NCBI GenBank assembly: GCA_043228905.1
Contig: JBHGNT010000014.1
Coordinates: 12,648,001-12,712,000 of the forward strand
DNA from: Azolla caroliniana
Taxonomy: Eukaryota > Plantae > Polypodiophyta
DNA length: 64,000 bases
Direction: 5' to 3'
Positions 1 to 12,714 of the stretch are shown here, piece after piece. The position numbers and the translations under genes are program-made. A model generated the notes under the pieces. It had not been told where the DNA came from. It saw nothing but the letters and a program-made list of their open reading frames with translations, and did not search any database. Position 1 is the first letter of the stretch, and the number at the start of each line of letters is the position of its first letter.

Positions 1-1415
1 TTGGGGGGGAGGGTAATAAGTTAAGAAAAAGAATTTGGATGTGTAGGGTAAAACTAGGATTGGGGGGCCAAAACTAGGGTCAATATTGTAGAAGTGCATG
101 TTGGACATTGGGCATCAATCACATCAATGCAACATCTATTGTTTGTCGAGGCTCTTGTGCATCAATAACACTCCTCTCTTCTTCTCCCTTTTCTATTATA
201 ACCAAATTTACAACCATGGACAATAACATACTAGAATTGTTGACTCCCTTGGTGTAAACAAGGTGCTCTACTGACCCGAGCATGTCGACAACTTTGTTTT
301 TGTAGCTCGCATGGAAATTTGTTCATTCTTTCTACAACCAAATCAATGTGTTGGACTCCATGATGATTCATACCTTTGTGGAATCATTTCCACAAAGAAG
401 AAAATAAGACACTCTCTTGCTCATGTCATTGCAATTTGTAGATTCCCGCCAAAAAATACCAGGGTCTCTTTTAGCGCACACATACCATGGAGTTGACTTT
501 AGGTGTTAGCACCAAGTGCACTACTTTGTATTAGAATAGTTGTGTATCTATCTACTTGTCATTCAAGTCCTTCACAAACTTTGTGATACATTTAGAGCTC
601 CCTCCCCTAATTAGGCTAACATCATCCTAACTACGAAAGCGAAGGTGTTTGTGTACACGTGGAACTCTTTCTTCCATTCTCACGACGTTAGTATGGGTGG
701 CTTTGTGAGGCATTCTTTGAGGAACACGAAGGTTATAGTGCATTCCTCTATCCATGTGTATTTCTTAAACAGAGCATAACGGGGTCATGCTTTTTTGACA
801 AATATCTTGATGAATGGTCGATAATATCCTACATAGCACACGAACCCTTGGAGCTATTTTTCATTATTTATGCGCAACATTTCGAGGATAATCTAGAACT
901 TAGCCTCATTTGTGGATATCCCATTCTTTGGTACCACATGGCCAAAGATGCACCCATGTTTTACCCTAAACTGGCACTAGATGGTGTTAATGGAGACATG
1001 ATATGAATCCTTGCAATTTTTTAACGTGGTGCACAATCAATGGAGGTGCTCATTCCACTCTAAATGGCAACATAAGTCATCGACATATGTTTCTACACCA
1101 TTTCCAAGGTTAGATGCAAAGATATGGTCTCCTCCTCATTGATAGGTGATTACAGCACTTGCCAGACCGAAGGGCATCTGCTTGTAAGCAAACATACCAA
1201 ATTTTGTGACGAAAGTGGTTTTATGTTGATCCCTGGGAATTTGGTTGTATTTGGATAAGCCATCCATAAAACTATAAGGTTCTTTCTCAACTGCCCCTTT
1301 CTAATAGATGTTCGAAATATGGAACTAGGTAGTTGTCGCGAAAGCACCACATAGATTTGTTTTTATCTGGAGAAGCCATCTATAAAGCTATAAGTTTTTT
1401 TTAAAGATACCCTTT
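1..1415 (-). mobile_element. Degenerate Ty3/gypsy pol remnant (RT, probably RNase H), the oldest layer of the nest
   Basis: Minus-strand translation gives GVETYVDD (~1078-1100) and YSFMDGLSKYNQI (~1235-1280), typical gypsy RT motifs, with many stops. The sequence resumes at 6825 after the copia insertion. Confidence 0.7.
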
Positions 1416-1838
1416 TGTTGAGCAAGAAAGCTCAACCTGATCTCGATTGACTGAGTAAGCTAGAGCCAGATCGGTATTCGGAACCAAGTGCCGGATTCGG
1501 TGAGCCGAACCCACGTGCTAACCGGTAGGTCGTTGGAGGTCTACACTCTTAGACTACTAGGTAGTTATCCTAGGAGTTAGTGTCAGTAGCTTGATACGAG
1601 CATTAAAGTACTTGTCAGTACTTCTATCAGTCCTTTTAAGGACTCAAAAGTGCTCTCTAAACACATTGTATGTACAAATTAATTTTTTTGTAATTGGAGT
1701 TTCATGTTATCCTGCTCGCTCTATCTCTCCCGCGTACTCTCTGTGTGTAATTCAAGCTTTCCATTAAGCTGCAATTCTATTTTATGCTGTTATGCGGCAG
1801 AGCCAGTTTGTCTAAGCTTTTGCACATTAACTTTCACA
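1416..1838 (+). repeat. 5' LTR of copia family A element
   Basis: Runs TGTTGAG...TTTCACA, is followed by the PBS and matches 6436-6824. Confidence 0.9.
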
Positions 1839-4800
1839 TGGTACCAAAGCGTGAGGGTTGAGAATCCTCTACTACTGACAAGCGATTCGTCAAAGACAAA
1901 CCCAAACCTAACACACGGTGAGAACAGAAAAAGGATATAGACAAAGGGATGGCAAGCTCGATTCCGATGGAGAAGTTTGACAGCAACAACTATGCATCTT
2001 GGTCGTACAAGATGCACCAATACCTATTATTGGAGTTAGGTCGAAGGAGCAAACGAAGTCGTGCTAGATCTGGCACACAAGGACTTCCCGGTATGGGAAC
2101 AAGGAGCAAGCAAGGTGTTGTATTGCCTCATGTCCCATGTGCACGATAAGATGCTTGGCTACATTAGAGATGCGCAATCGCCGAAATAAGCCCTCGAAAA
2201 TCTGAAAAAGATTTTCGCGGCCAGTACCATGGCCCTATTTAGGGTTTATGGCAAGTACAAGAGCAGAATCGAAGGCCCAAAGATAGTGCCGACAGTAGTT
2301 TCGAACTCTCCACGAGCAGGAGTCAAGACGGTGCTAGAAATCGGCAATAGAAAGCCGATACGGAATGCTAGTACTATGGCAAGAAAGACTACTAAGAAAG
2401 CAAGTGTTGGAAGAAATGTGCCAATTCGGATTGATCCGGATCCGATAAGAGAATTGCTAGAACGACAGAGTTCGCACTACGTAGAAGGAACGGAAGGATC
2501 CGGAATCGGAAAGACCGAAAAAGGGCCAACATTCATGATTAAGCACAAGGCAAACCCGATGAAGAAGACCACTTCCGAAACAGAGGAACTATGGTATGTT
2601 GACTTTGGAGTGTCGAACCACATGACAAGCCATGAAGAGTGGTTCTCATATCTAGAAAAGCCGGAGCAACCGGGAGCTATCGAAACCGGAGACGATACTC
2701 CACACCCAATCGAGCATGTCAAAGAAGTCCCTTTGAGTCATGTCGGACAAATAATGAATGTACTACATGTTCCGAAAACTACGAAGAACATGGTGTCAGT
2801 CGGACATATCATTGATCAAGGGATGCAGGTACGATTTACACATCTCGGGTGCTTCATCGAGGAAGAAGGCCAGAAAATCGTGCAAGGTCATCGGGACAAG
2901 AGGATGTTTATCCTCAACAACAATGACGTCGGTGTTGCTTTATTCACAAAACAGAAGGTCGAGTCGGATATTGACTTGTGGCACAAGTGGATTGGCCAAG
3001 TCAATTACGAAATGCTTCAGGACCTGCACTCGAAACAGGTGGTGATCGGACTATTGAAATCAATGGCTGGAAGGCCCGAATTTGTGAAGCTTCCCAACTT
3101 GGGAAGCAACACCGACTTCCATTCCCCAACGAGTGAAACCGGAGCCAGAACAAGCTCAACTTGATACATTCGGATGTATGGGGGCCAACACAGAATGGCA
3201 ATCTTGGCAGGAGCCAATGTTTCATTTTGTTCATCGATGACCTTAGCTGGCACACATGGATCTACTTGATCGAAAAGAAAAGCAATGTTTTTGACTGTTT
3301 TCGAAACTTACAGAAGTTAATAGAATGGGAAATGAAGAGGAAGATCAAGTGCCTACAGTCAGATGGAGGAAAAGAATACTTTTCCGGCCAATTCAACAGT
3401 TATTTGTAGGAGAAAGATATTCGGAGGGACTTCAGCTGCCGATACACTGGCGTAGCCAAAAGGAAGAATCGGTTGATCGTTGAGGTGGCACAAGCAATAC
3501 TGGAAGAGAAGAGCCTGCCCAAGTTCTACTAGGCCGAAGCGGTCCGGACAGCCATGTACATCCAAAATTGGATCGGGGAGAAGGTGTCGGCACACGAACT
3601 ATATTTTGGGCGGAAGCCAAACTTAAGACACCTCAGGGTATTCGGCAGTATTGCCTATGTGCATGTGCCGGATGAGAGGCAGAGAAAGCTGAACCCAAAG
3701 TTGGAGAAGTGCATTTTGGTCAGCCACTATAAGTGTTATAACCCCCAAACTAAACAAGTTTGAGTAAGCCACGATGTTGAGTTCGATGAGTCGGCATCAT
3801 GGTAGTCCTTACCGACTCTGGCTTCGACACCCGACAACTCTAACTACCCGATCACAGAAGATGAGGCCATTGAGCCCGAAATGATCTAGGCAGAAGATGA
3901 TGAAGAAGAAATCGGTACTCGAGATGAGAGTCTGATCTCATTCCGGATGAGCAGGCAGAATGAAGAGCTGAGTCGAAAAAACTAGCAGGATGATGAGTCA
4001 GCAAATAGTGGAGACTCGGTCGTGCTCTCCCGGCACAAGGAACCGAGGAGACGGTTCATGCGCAAAGAGAAGGGGAAGAAGAAAATTCTAGAATACAACA
4101 CCGGCAAAGACAAATCGGATCGGAGCGAATCCGACTCCGGAAAGAACGAAGACGGACCTTCGGAGACGAAGTCCGAAACAGCCAAGAGGGCCCTTAAATC
4201 TACTAACGAGAAGTTATGTTGATCTACCCACCAAAAGAACCCCTTCAAGTGATACGGTTATAATGAGTACATGGCGAAAGTGGCGAAAGTGCGTGAGTCG
4301 GAGAGCTATGCAGAAGCGACGAAAGACGAGAACTAGCATGTCGTGGTGGAGGAAGAAATGCGGGCACTTGATGCCAATGATACTTGGGATCTGGTTGACC
4401 CTCCCCGACACTACAAACCGATTGGTTGCAAGTGGGTATACAAGGTAAGGTATAATGTTGACGGTTCGTTCAACTGGCATAGACCCACGGAATCGACTAC
4501 GACGAGACCTTTGCTCTGGTAGCGCAGATGACAACAGTTCGTGTGGTGTTAGCGGTTGCTGCAGTAAGGGGGTGGTATCTTCACCAAATGGACGTGAAGA
4601 ATGTGTTTCTTCAAGGAGACCTTGAAGAACAAGTCTACATGATTCAATCCCCTGGTTTCCAGTCAGAGATGAACAAGTAGGCAGTGTGCCGACTCAAGAA
4701 GTCGCTCTACGGCTTGAAGTAAGCCCCTCGAGCTTGGAATTCGAAAATCATACACCGGTTGCGTAAGGTGGGGTTTGTGGCCTTGAATTCTGACTCTTCA

Positions 4801-6435
4801 TTGTTCATCCGGAGAGGTCTGGAAGATCCGGTGTGCATCTTGCTATACGTGGATGATCTAGTCATCACCGGACCTAGACTCGCTGAAATCGGCCGAGTGA
4901 AGTTCCAACTGTCGGACACATTCGAAATGAAGGATCTAGGGGACCTTCATTACTTCCTCAGGATTGAAGTGATCCACACTGCCGATGGCATATTGCTATC
5001 TTAGCGACACTACATGTTGAATATGTTGTACAAGTTGGGCATGACGGATTGCCGACTAGTCTCAACACCCCTGGACTAGAACCTGAAGCTTCATCCCGAC
5101 TCCGGACCGGCCTGCAACGAGAGACAGTTCCGACAAATTATCAAAAGCCTTATTTGCTTAACGATCACCCGACAGGACATCATCTATTCGGTCGAAGTGA
5201 TGAATCAATTTATGCAGAAGCCAACCGTCGAGCACCTTCAGTGTGCACATTGACTATTGAGGTATGTCAACGGCTCTAAGGATCGGGGATTGTTATATTG
5301 ACACATTCTAACCAAAAAGGTAGTCAGTTATAAAAATGTTGATTGGGTCGGTGATGTGTCAGATCGTTGGTTCACCTCTGGTTTGATGTTTTCTCTAGGT
5401 AGCACGGGTCTTGCATGGAGCAGCAAAAAGCATCCGATAGTGGCTCTGTCGAACATTGAGGTTGAGTATCGGGGCGCTATCGTTGCTACCTATGAAACCA
5501 TTTGGCTTTGGCAGTTGCTACAAGACCTCTAGATCGAAGTACCGACTCTGATCCCAATCTACTGCCACAACATGAGTAGCATGCAGCTGGCCAAGAACCC
5601 TTTGTTCCATGCTCGGATGAAGCACATAGAAGTGCATTATCACTTTGTGTGCGAGCGGGTCCTGAGCGGTGAAGTCAAACTCCGGTATGTTCGAACGGAT
5701 CGGCAGGTTGCCGACATCTTCACCAAGCCACTTGGATCAGACAAGTTGCAACATTTTTCGGAGATGCTTGGGCTCCAACAACTTGACATGCCACACTTGA
5801 GGGGGAGAACCGGGATAGAAACCGGAAAGACAAGTAAAGACACCGGTCAGCCGATCCAAATCATGTTGAGCTTGTCCGCTTGACACTCCCTCTCAAGCTC
5901 AACTTGAGATCAGATCCCAGTGTCAGTTTTTGCCGATCCTTGCAGTCGCCTTGCTCGCACTCCTCAACCCGTCCGGTTCTGCTTCCCAAGACCCATTTAG
6001 TTCTGCGCACCTCGACCTTCTCGATCAACTGGTCTGCTTAAGAGGCCCATCTTACCTCCTTAGTTGTTGTTACTTCGGCACTTCTCAACCCACTGGTTCC
6101 TTAGTGTTGACGTCAACTTCTGTTGCCTTCTAGCCTGTTTGGCCTTCTGGTGATTCGGCTCCTCCAAATCAAACGCCTCTCCCGAATCGGGTGCCTTCGA
6201 TTCATTCCAACGCTTGTCTGAATTGGTTGTCTCCAATTTGTCCTCAATCTTCAGGCCCTTTACCACATCAAACAATGTCCGGGTCTCAACCTTCTTCTTC
6301 CGGTCAGCTCTGTCCTTCTTGACTCTTCCGTTGTCGCTACTTGTTCTGACTTTTTCATTTGTGCCGACTTCTTTGTTCGACTCAACTCCCTTTTTCTTCT
6401 TGTCTCCCCCTGTTTCGATCATTCCCTCCTGCTTT

Positions 6436-6824
6436 GTAAGCCAGAGCCAGATCAGTATCCGGATTCAATGAGCCGGATCCAAGAGCCGGATCGGAGATAC
6501 GAACAAGAGAGCCGAACCCACGTGCGAACCGGTAGGCCGTTGGAGGTCTACACTCCTAGACTACTAGGTAGTTATCCAAGGAGTTAGTGTTAGTAGCTTG
6601 GTACGAGCATTGAAGTACTTGGCAGTACTTTTGTCAGTCATTTTACGGACTTCTATAAAAGTGCTCTCTAAGAACATTGTATGTATAGAGTAATTTTTTG
6701 TAATTGGAGTTTCATGTTGTTCTGCTTTCTCTGTCTCTCCCACATACTCTCTTTGTGTCTAAGCTTAGTTCTATTTTATCCGGCTGAGCCGGTTTGTCTA
6801 AGCTTCCGCACATTAACTTTCACA
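6436..6824 (+). repeat. 3' LTR of copia family A element (first ~39 bp displaced by an inversion)
   Basis: Matches the 5' LTR from GTAAGC(T/C)AGAGCCAGATC to TTTCACA. The missing LTR start lies inverted at 5847-5885. Confidence 0.9.
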
Positions 6825-7414
6825 CCTTTCTAATAGATTTTCAAAATATGGAACTAGGTAGTTGTTGTGAATGGCGTCTTCGTTGATATGCTAGTAGTCA
6901 ACACAAATCCTAATATTTCCATTCTTCTTTGGGATAACTACAATCTAGGAGGCCCCCCAAGTAGTTCTCTGAATTTGGTAATGATCCTTGTAGACAAAAT
7001 TTTGTCAACCTTGACTTTTACTTGTTGTGCATAAATTTGTGGTTTCATTAGCCAAGGGCATTATCTTCCTAGTCTGGCATCAGTTCTCAAGGGGATTGTA
7101 TGGGATACGACTTCCGCTGGTATGCTCTTCATGTCTTTGAATCTCCATGCAAACACGTCTTTAGATTCACTCAAGTGATGTATCAATATGACTTCATCAT
7201 TCTAGCGGAGGTTTAGCAATCAATACCGACTTGGATTCTCTTCGTTGCTAAGGTTAATTTCCTTGACTTTCGTTGGCTCGTTGTACTAGGTCATACCCAA
7301 CATGTTGGTTGTGCATTGTGGTCAAGGGAAGACGACAAGGTCGATCCCTTGTTAATATAATTTGAAGTGTGCATGAAAATTGGCCGCTTCTAGTGATGTT
7401 GGACCAATTACATG
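6825..7414 (-). mobile_element. Continuation of the degenerate gypsy pol (N-terminal RT region)
   Basis: Minus strand reads DAIHNNYLVPYFENLLER, which joins the 1415 side across the TSD. Confidence 0.65.
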
Positions 7415-9658
7415 TGTTGAGAATCAAGCTCAACATAGTGCAACGTGTGAACACACCTTTTGAGAATCTACGATTACTCAAAGGTCAAGAGTCACACCAC
7501 TACTCTCTACACATTAACTATGTGTCATAGAATCATATTCTATGACACATACCTTATGAGTTACATATTCCCCATGACTATGAGTCTTCACATTCCCCAA
7601 GAGAGTGATTGTTATAGTTAGTTAATGAAGAGAGATGGTGACTATATAAAGCACCCTTGTAATGCTACATTTTTGCTACATTTGTGACTCCTTGTAATGC
7701 TACATTTTTGTATTTGCTATTCTACTTGTGAATATACATCTCCTTCTTCTTGAGTATTCCTTTTTCTATCAATCTTGTGTTCTCTCTTCTCTCCTCTAAT
7801 TCCTCTCACACATACACATAACACACATCTCTTCCGCTCCACAAGAATCATACATGATTCTTTACATGATATCAGAGAGGTCGATCTAGCCCATCCGCGT
7901 GTGTTCTGTTCTACGTTCGAGAAGAACCGGTCCATCGCTATCGTAGTGCGACTACATAGCTCATATTCGAGAGAGAAGGAAAAGAAAAGACGGAAGAAAT
8001 CTTCATCGACAATGAATACTCAAATGGGGAGCGCTCTCCCTAGTGAGAAGCTAGATCGAAACAACTTTGCATCTTGGGAGTGCAAGATGCAACAAAACCT
8101 TGTCAGCCAAGGCTATTGGAGTTACATCAAAGGAGCACAAGAAAACCGACCTGACCCGAAAGACGCGGAGCGGAGTACGCAACATGGGAGCAAGCGGCAA
8201 GCCAAGCGATGTATTGCTTGGCGACATGTGTTCACGACCACATGCTCGGCTACATTCGAGAAGCCGAGACGTCAAAGGAAGAGTGGGAGAATCTACGAAA
8301 GATTTTCGCCACAAACACAACCGCGAGAAAGCTTCAACTCCGCTAAGAGTTGAACAACATCCAACAAATGGATATGTCCATCACGAGCTGCACCTTGAAG
8401 ACCAAGGAGCTTTGCGACTCGCTCGGCTCGATAAGCGTCAATGTGGACGATGATGAGATGGTGCAAATATGCCTCAACGGTCTTGCACCACGGTTTGGCA
8501 CAATGAGCACTGCCATACTAGGACAAGTGAATCCGCCCTCCTTCTTTGATCTTCAATCCATGTTGTTGGTCGAAGAAAACCATGTTCGAACAAAGAGCAA
8601 TGCCTCGGAAGGCCACATGCTTTACTCACACTCGGACGGAGGAAGAGGATGCGGCCATGCAAGAAGAGGCCGATTCGGCCAAGGATGAGGCGGACGAGGC
8701 CCAACTTACGAAAATAACTCGCAATTTCAGCATCAAGACTGAAGCCATCGAGGAACCTTCAAAAGGAGGAGCTTCCATTACGGTCCGAGCTGACAAAACT
8801 CGATCGAATGCGAATATTGCGGAAAAATCGGTCATCACGAAGAAGGGTGTCGTAAGAAGATACGCGAGTCGGCTTCCACAATCCGACAACTCACCAATTA
8901 CGCCACCAACTCCGACTATGACGATCATGGCGGAATGTTTGCAATGAGACATAGAGCAAATTCTATGTCGGCTTCTACGTCGAATAGCGCATCTAGTCCG
9001 GAAGACATATGGTTTGTCGACTCCGGTGCCTCGAACCATATGATGTCTCATCAATAATGGTTCTGATAACTTCGAGAGCCGGATCGACCCGGCTATGTCG
9101 AAACCGGAGACAACACTACGCATCCGATTCGACACATCGGCAATATCCCATTTGGCAAAGAAGTTAACCAAACTTTTATTAAAAATGTCTTGCATGTACC
9201 AACCATTGCGAAGAATTTGGTCTCCGTCGGCCAAATTGTTGAGCAAGGGATGCAAGAACGATTTAATCAAGGCGGTTGCTTCATCGAAAACGAGGGCGGA
9301 CTCATCGCTCATGGATGAAGAGAGGGCCGAATGTTCATTCTCGACTCGCATGAGATGAAATCGGCCATGTTCACAAAGGACACGAAAGCCAATTCCGACA
9401 TAGAGTTATGGCACAAGCGGATTGGCCATACCAACCTCCAAAAGCTCAAGGCAATGCAATCAAAAGGAGTCGTCATCAGACTCCCGACATTCAAAGAGAG
9501 AGATTGAAGGCGTATGTGCCGCCTACCAATTTGGCAAGCAACATTGGCACCCGTTTCCGAAGGAGCGGAACGTGAGCAAAGGCGTACTCAACGTAATTTA
9601 TTCCGATGTATGGGGACCAGCTCAAACGGCTACATTCGCCGAATGTCGATACTACGTG
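7415..9658 (+). mobile_element. 3'-truncated Ty1/copia element (family B): LTR, gag, protease, start of integrase
   Basis: LTR 7415-7866 (TGTTGAGAATC...TTTACA) matches 46135-46585. PBS TGATATCAGAG at 7867. Gag begins MNTQMGSALPSEKLDRNNFASW, followed by WFVDSGASNHM and SDVWGP. Homology stops at ~9658. Confidence 0.9.
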
Positions 9659-9912
9659 GTATGTATAGAGAACATATAGAGAATTATTTTGAATTTAGTT
9701 TTGTATTTTTTTGCTCACTCTGTCTCTCCTCTCCTTCTTTGTGATTTATGTGTTTTATCGAACTGTTGTACTTCCGAACCGTGTACTTTGTGCTCTGACG
9801 CATACGCTTCCGCACACGTATTCTTTTTCATGTTCTTTACCGGCGATTAGGGTTTGTCCATTTCGAATAGTTGTCGGCAATAGAGGTTCCCAACCCTCGC
9901 GCTCTAATGCCA

Positions 9913-10323
9913 TGAAAAAGTTAATATGCGGAAGCTTTGACAAACTGGTTCACCCAGATAGCAATAGAAAGAGTGCAAGTTTAATGGAAGGTTGAGAATA
10001 CACAGTACATGGGAGAGACAGAGAGAGAGTAGAACAAAAAATCAATGTTTAAAATAATAACACTCTCTGTGTACATACAAATGTTCTACAAAACACTTTT
10101 TATACAAGTCCTTAAAAGGACTGACAGAAGTATTAACAAGTACTTCAATGCTCATACGAGTGACTAACACTCACTCCAAGCAATATGCCTATGTACTAGG
10201 CTAAGATTGTAGGCCTCCAACGGCCTACCGGTTACAATCTGATCCGTCTCTTGGTTCCGAATACTTATCTGGTTCTCCGTTTTGGATACCGATCTGGATC
10301 CAGTTGAGCTTGTCCCCTCAACA
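9913..10323 (-). repeat. Family A-related 5' LTR with PBS, internal region lost
   Basis: Reverse complement resembles LTR 1416-1838. PBS-like TGGCATTAGAGC lies on the minus strand at 9901-9912. Confidence 0.75.
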
Positions 10324-10541
10324 GAACCCCTTCTACATACAGTGGTGTCATCTCTTTGTTTGTCCCGATACATTCCCGAGTTGGCACACGGATCTTGGTG
10401 CACCCCTTTTTGAAGCTTATTATGTTGTGCTGCTAGTTCTATTTTATATTAGCAGTCGGTAGCCATGGTCATCCTAACAGGAGGGGATACACACCTATTG
10501 CGCCCTATCGCAATACCACTACCGAAATCTCAAACGGATAT

Positions 10542-10995
10542 TGTTAGAGCTTAGCTACTAATGTAAGCATATGATAAGGATAAAAGATAGATAAATAAGA
10601 AAGGAAAGAGAGAAAGAAGGCTATCGATCCACCCGACCACCCCCGAGAGAAGGGATCGAGACGGACTCAAGCCTCGATCGATGTCCCATACCACCGTCGT
10701 GGCGTCGAGTCGTACCTACTGTTGGCACGCTCGCTACAAGAGTTGACCCACAACAATGCAGAGTCTCGACATTGTCGATAATGTGTCAAATGAGGGTAGC
10801 TAGGCCTCATATTTATAGCCACACCTAAGGCCCCCAGGCAAGTTCACACTTGGCCTAATGGGTTGTCTCAATCCCGAGGATTAAAAGTAATCCTCCCCTT
10901 CTTTACACTCTCGTTTAACCCTCACACTTTATCCACGTGTATATAATGCTACAGTAAATTCTCACCACAGGATATTATATGTCATGCCCGTAACA
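10542..10995. mobile_element. Solo LTR inserted in the gypsy protease region
   Basis: TGTTA...TAACA termini with TSD GATAT at 10537-10541 and 10996-11000. The left flank encodes gypsy protease-like YPLLLG*PWL on the minus strand. Confidence 0.85.
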
Positions 10996-12714
10996 GATAT
11001 CCTCTTATGTGTTAGGATCGTGACCGGCCACAACCGGTTCTACTTCGAATGTTCGGGTGCAAAGAATCGGTGTAGACAGTACACAGACAGATAAACGAGA
11101 AAGCAGAAAGATAAATACAGAGAAACAATATGTTTTACGTGGAAAACCCGAAAGGGAAAAACCATAGGGGTCCACAAACCCTGAGAAACAAAATCTCTAT
11201 GATAGAGAAGTAGTACAATAAGAATCTCGGAGACGACAACCTCGAGTTCTTCTTCATCGAACAGACGGTTGTGGAGTTACTAACTCTTACACTCTCACTC
11301 TCTCTTCCTCTCCTAGTTATAGAGGCAACTACTCATAGTAACTTATTACAACTGTAATGATTCACATATGCTAATAAGTTTGCCCTAGTTGTATTTATAC
11401 ATATACAACTTTCTGGCTATTTACATACATAGCCCACAAGGGCACATTTGGACTATTTACAAATATAGTGTTCCGAATCGGCTATTAAATCGATTTCGGT
11501 TCTCAATTTCGATCTCGGATCAGGCATTCTTCCCTTCTGGAGGGACATGTTTCCCAACAAACTCCCCCTTCACTCCGGCATGGTGTACTTTCATTAGCAT
11601 GTCTGATCCATTTTCGGTCATGTGGATTTTCATCAAAGCAAACTCATTTTCTTCTACTCACTCTCAGATCCAATGATATCTCCTCTGGATGTGCTTGGTC
11701 CACGAGTGGTAGGCAGCATTTTTCGCGAGATGGATGGCACTCTAGTTATCGCAATGGAGCCAGAATTCCTCTTGTTGAATTCCCAACTCTCCGATGAATT
11801 CCTTCATCCAAATTACTTCCTTACTGGCTTCCACTACAACCACATACTCGGCTGGCGTGGTCAGCAGAGTCACGGCCTTCTGCAACCTCAATTGCCACGA
11901 GACAAATCCCCTAGCATAAGTCATCACGTATCCGGTCGTGGATCGGCTCGTGTACACATCAGGCGACATGTCTGAATCCATATAACCTTCCAATGTGGGG
12001 TTATCTGAACCGAATCGAAAACACACATTCGAGGTGCCTCTCAAGTGCCGAAGTATCCACTTCACAGTAGCCCAATGCTCTTTATCAGGATTGCTCATAT
12101 ATCGGTTGACCACTCCGATTGTGTATCCAATGTCCGGCCTTGTACACACCATTGCGTACATTAGGCTTCCGACTGTCGAGGCATAAGGGACTTTTGACAT
12201 CTCGGCCTTCTCGGTTCTCGATTTCGGACACTATGTCGGGATAGTTTGTTGTTTGTCGGCAGTGTCAAGCTAACCAATTTCGCACTTTCCATGTTGAATC
12301 TCTGGAGCACTTTTGTCACATACTTCTCCTCTATCAATCATAACTATTTCTTTGTTCGATCCCGAACAATGTGCATCCCCAGGATTGTTTTTGAGGGACC
12401 CATGTCTTTCATCGCGAACGACCTACTCAAGGCCTTCTTCAAGCTTCCGATTTTCATCGGGTCCTCTCCAACAATAAGCATGTCATCAACATACGACAAG
12501 AGGATAAGAAAACCTCCTCCATCATAGTTCTTGACAAAGATGCAATGATCAGCTTGTGTCTTGCCAAAACCGTGATCCCCATGAAGGATTCGAACTTTCA
12601 GTACCATTGCCGAGGTGCCTGCTTCAACCCGTACAAGCTCTTCCTCAATCGGGATACTAGGTTTTCTTTACCTTTCTCCACGAATCCTTCCAGCTGGTGC
12701 ATGTATATCTCTTC

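Larger units (their letters stand above)
1416..6824 (+). mobile_element. Full-length degenerate Ty1/copia LTR retrotransposon (family A)
   Basis: TG...CA ends, TSD CCTTT at 1411-1415 and 6825-6829, 5' LTR 1416-1838, PBS TGGTACCAAAGC (tRNA-iMet type) 1839-1850. Fragments occur in copia order: gag (NNYASWSYKM), protease (WYVDFGVSNHMT), integrase (HSDVWGP, SDGGKEY), RT (LYVDDL), RNase H (KHIEVHYHFV). Confidence 0.95.
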
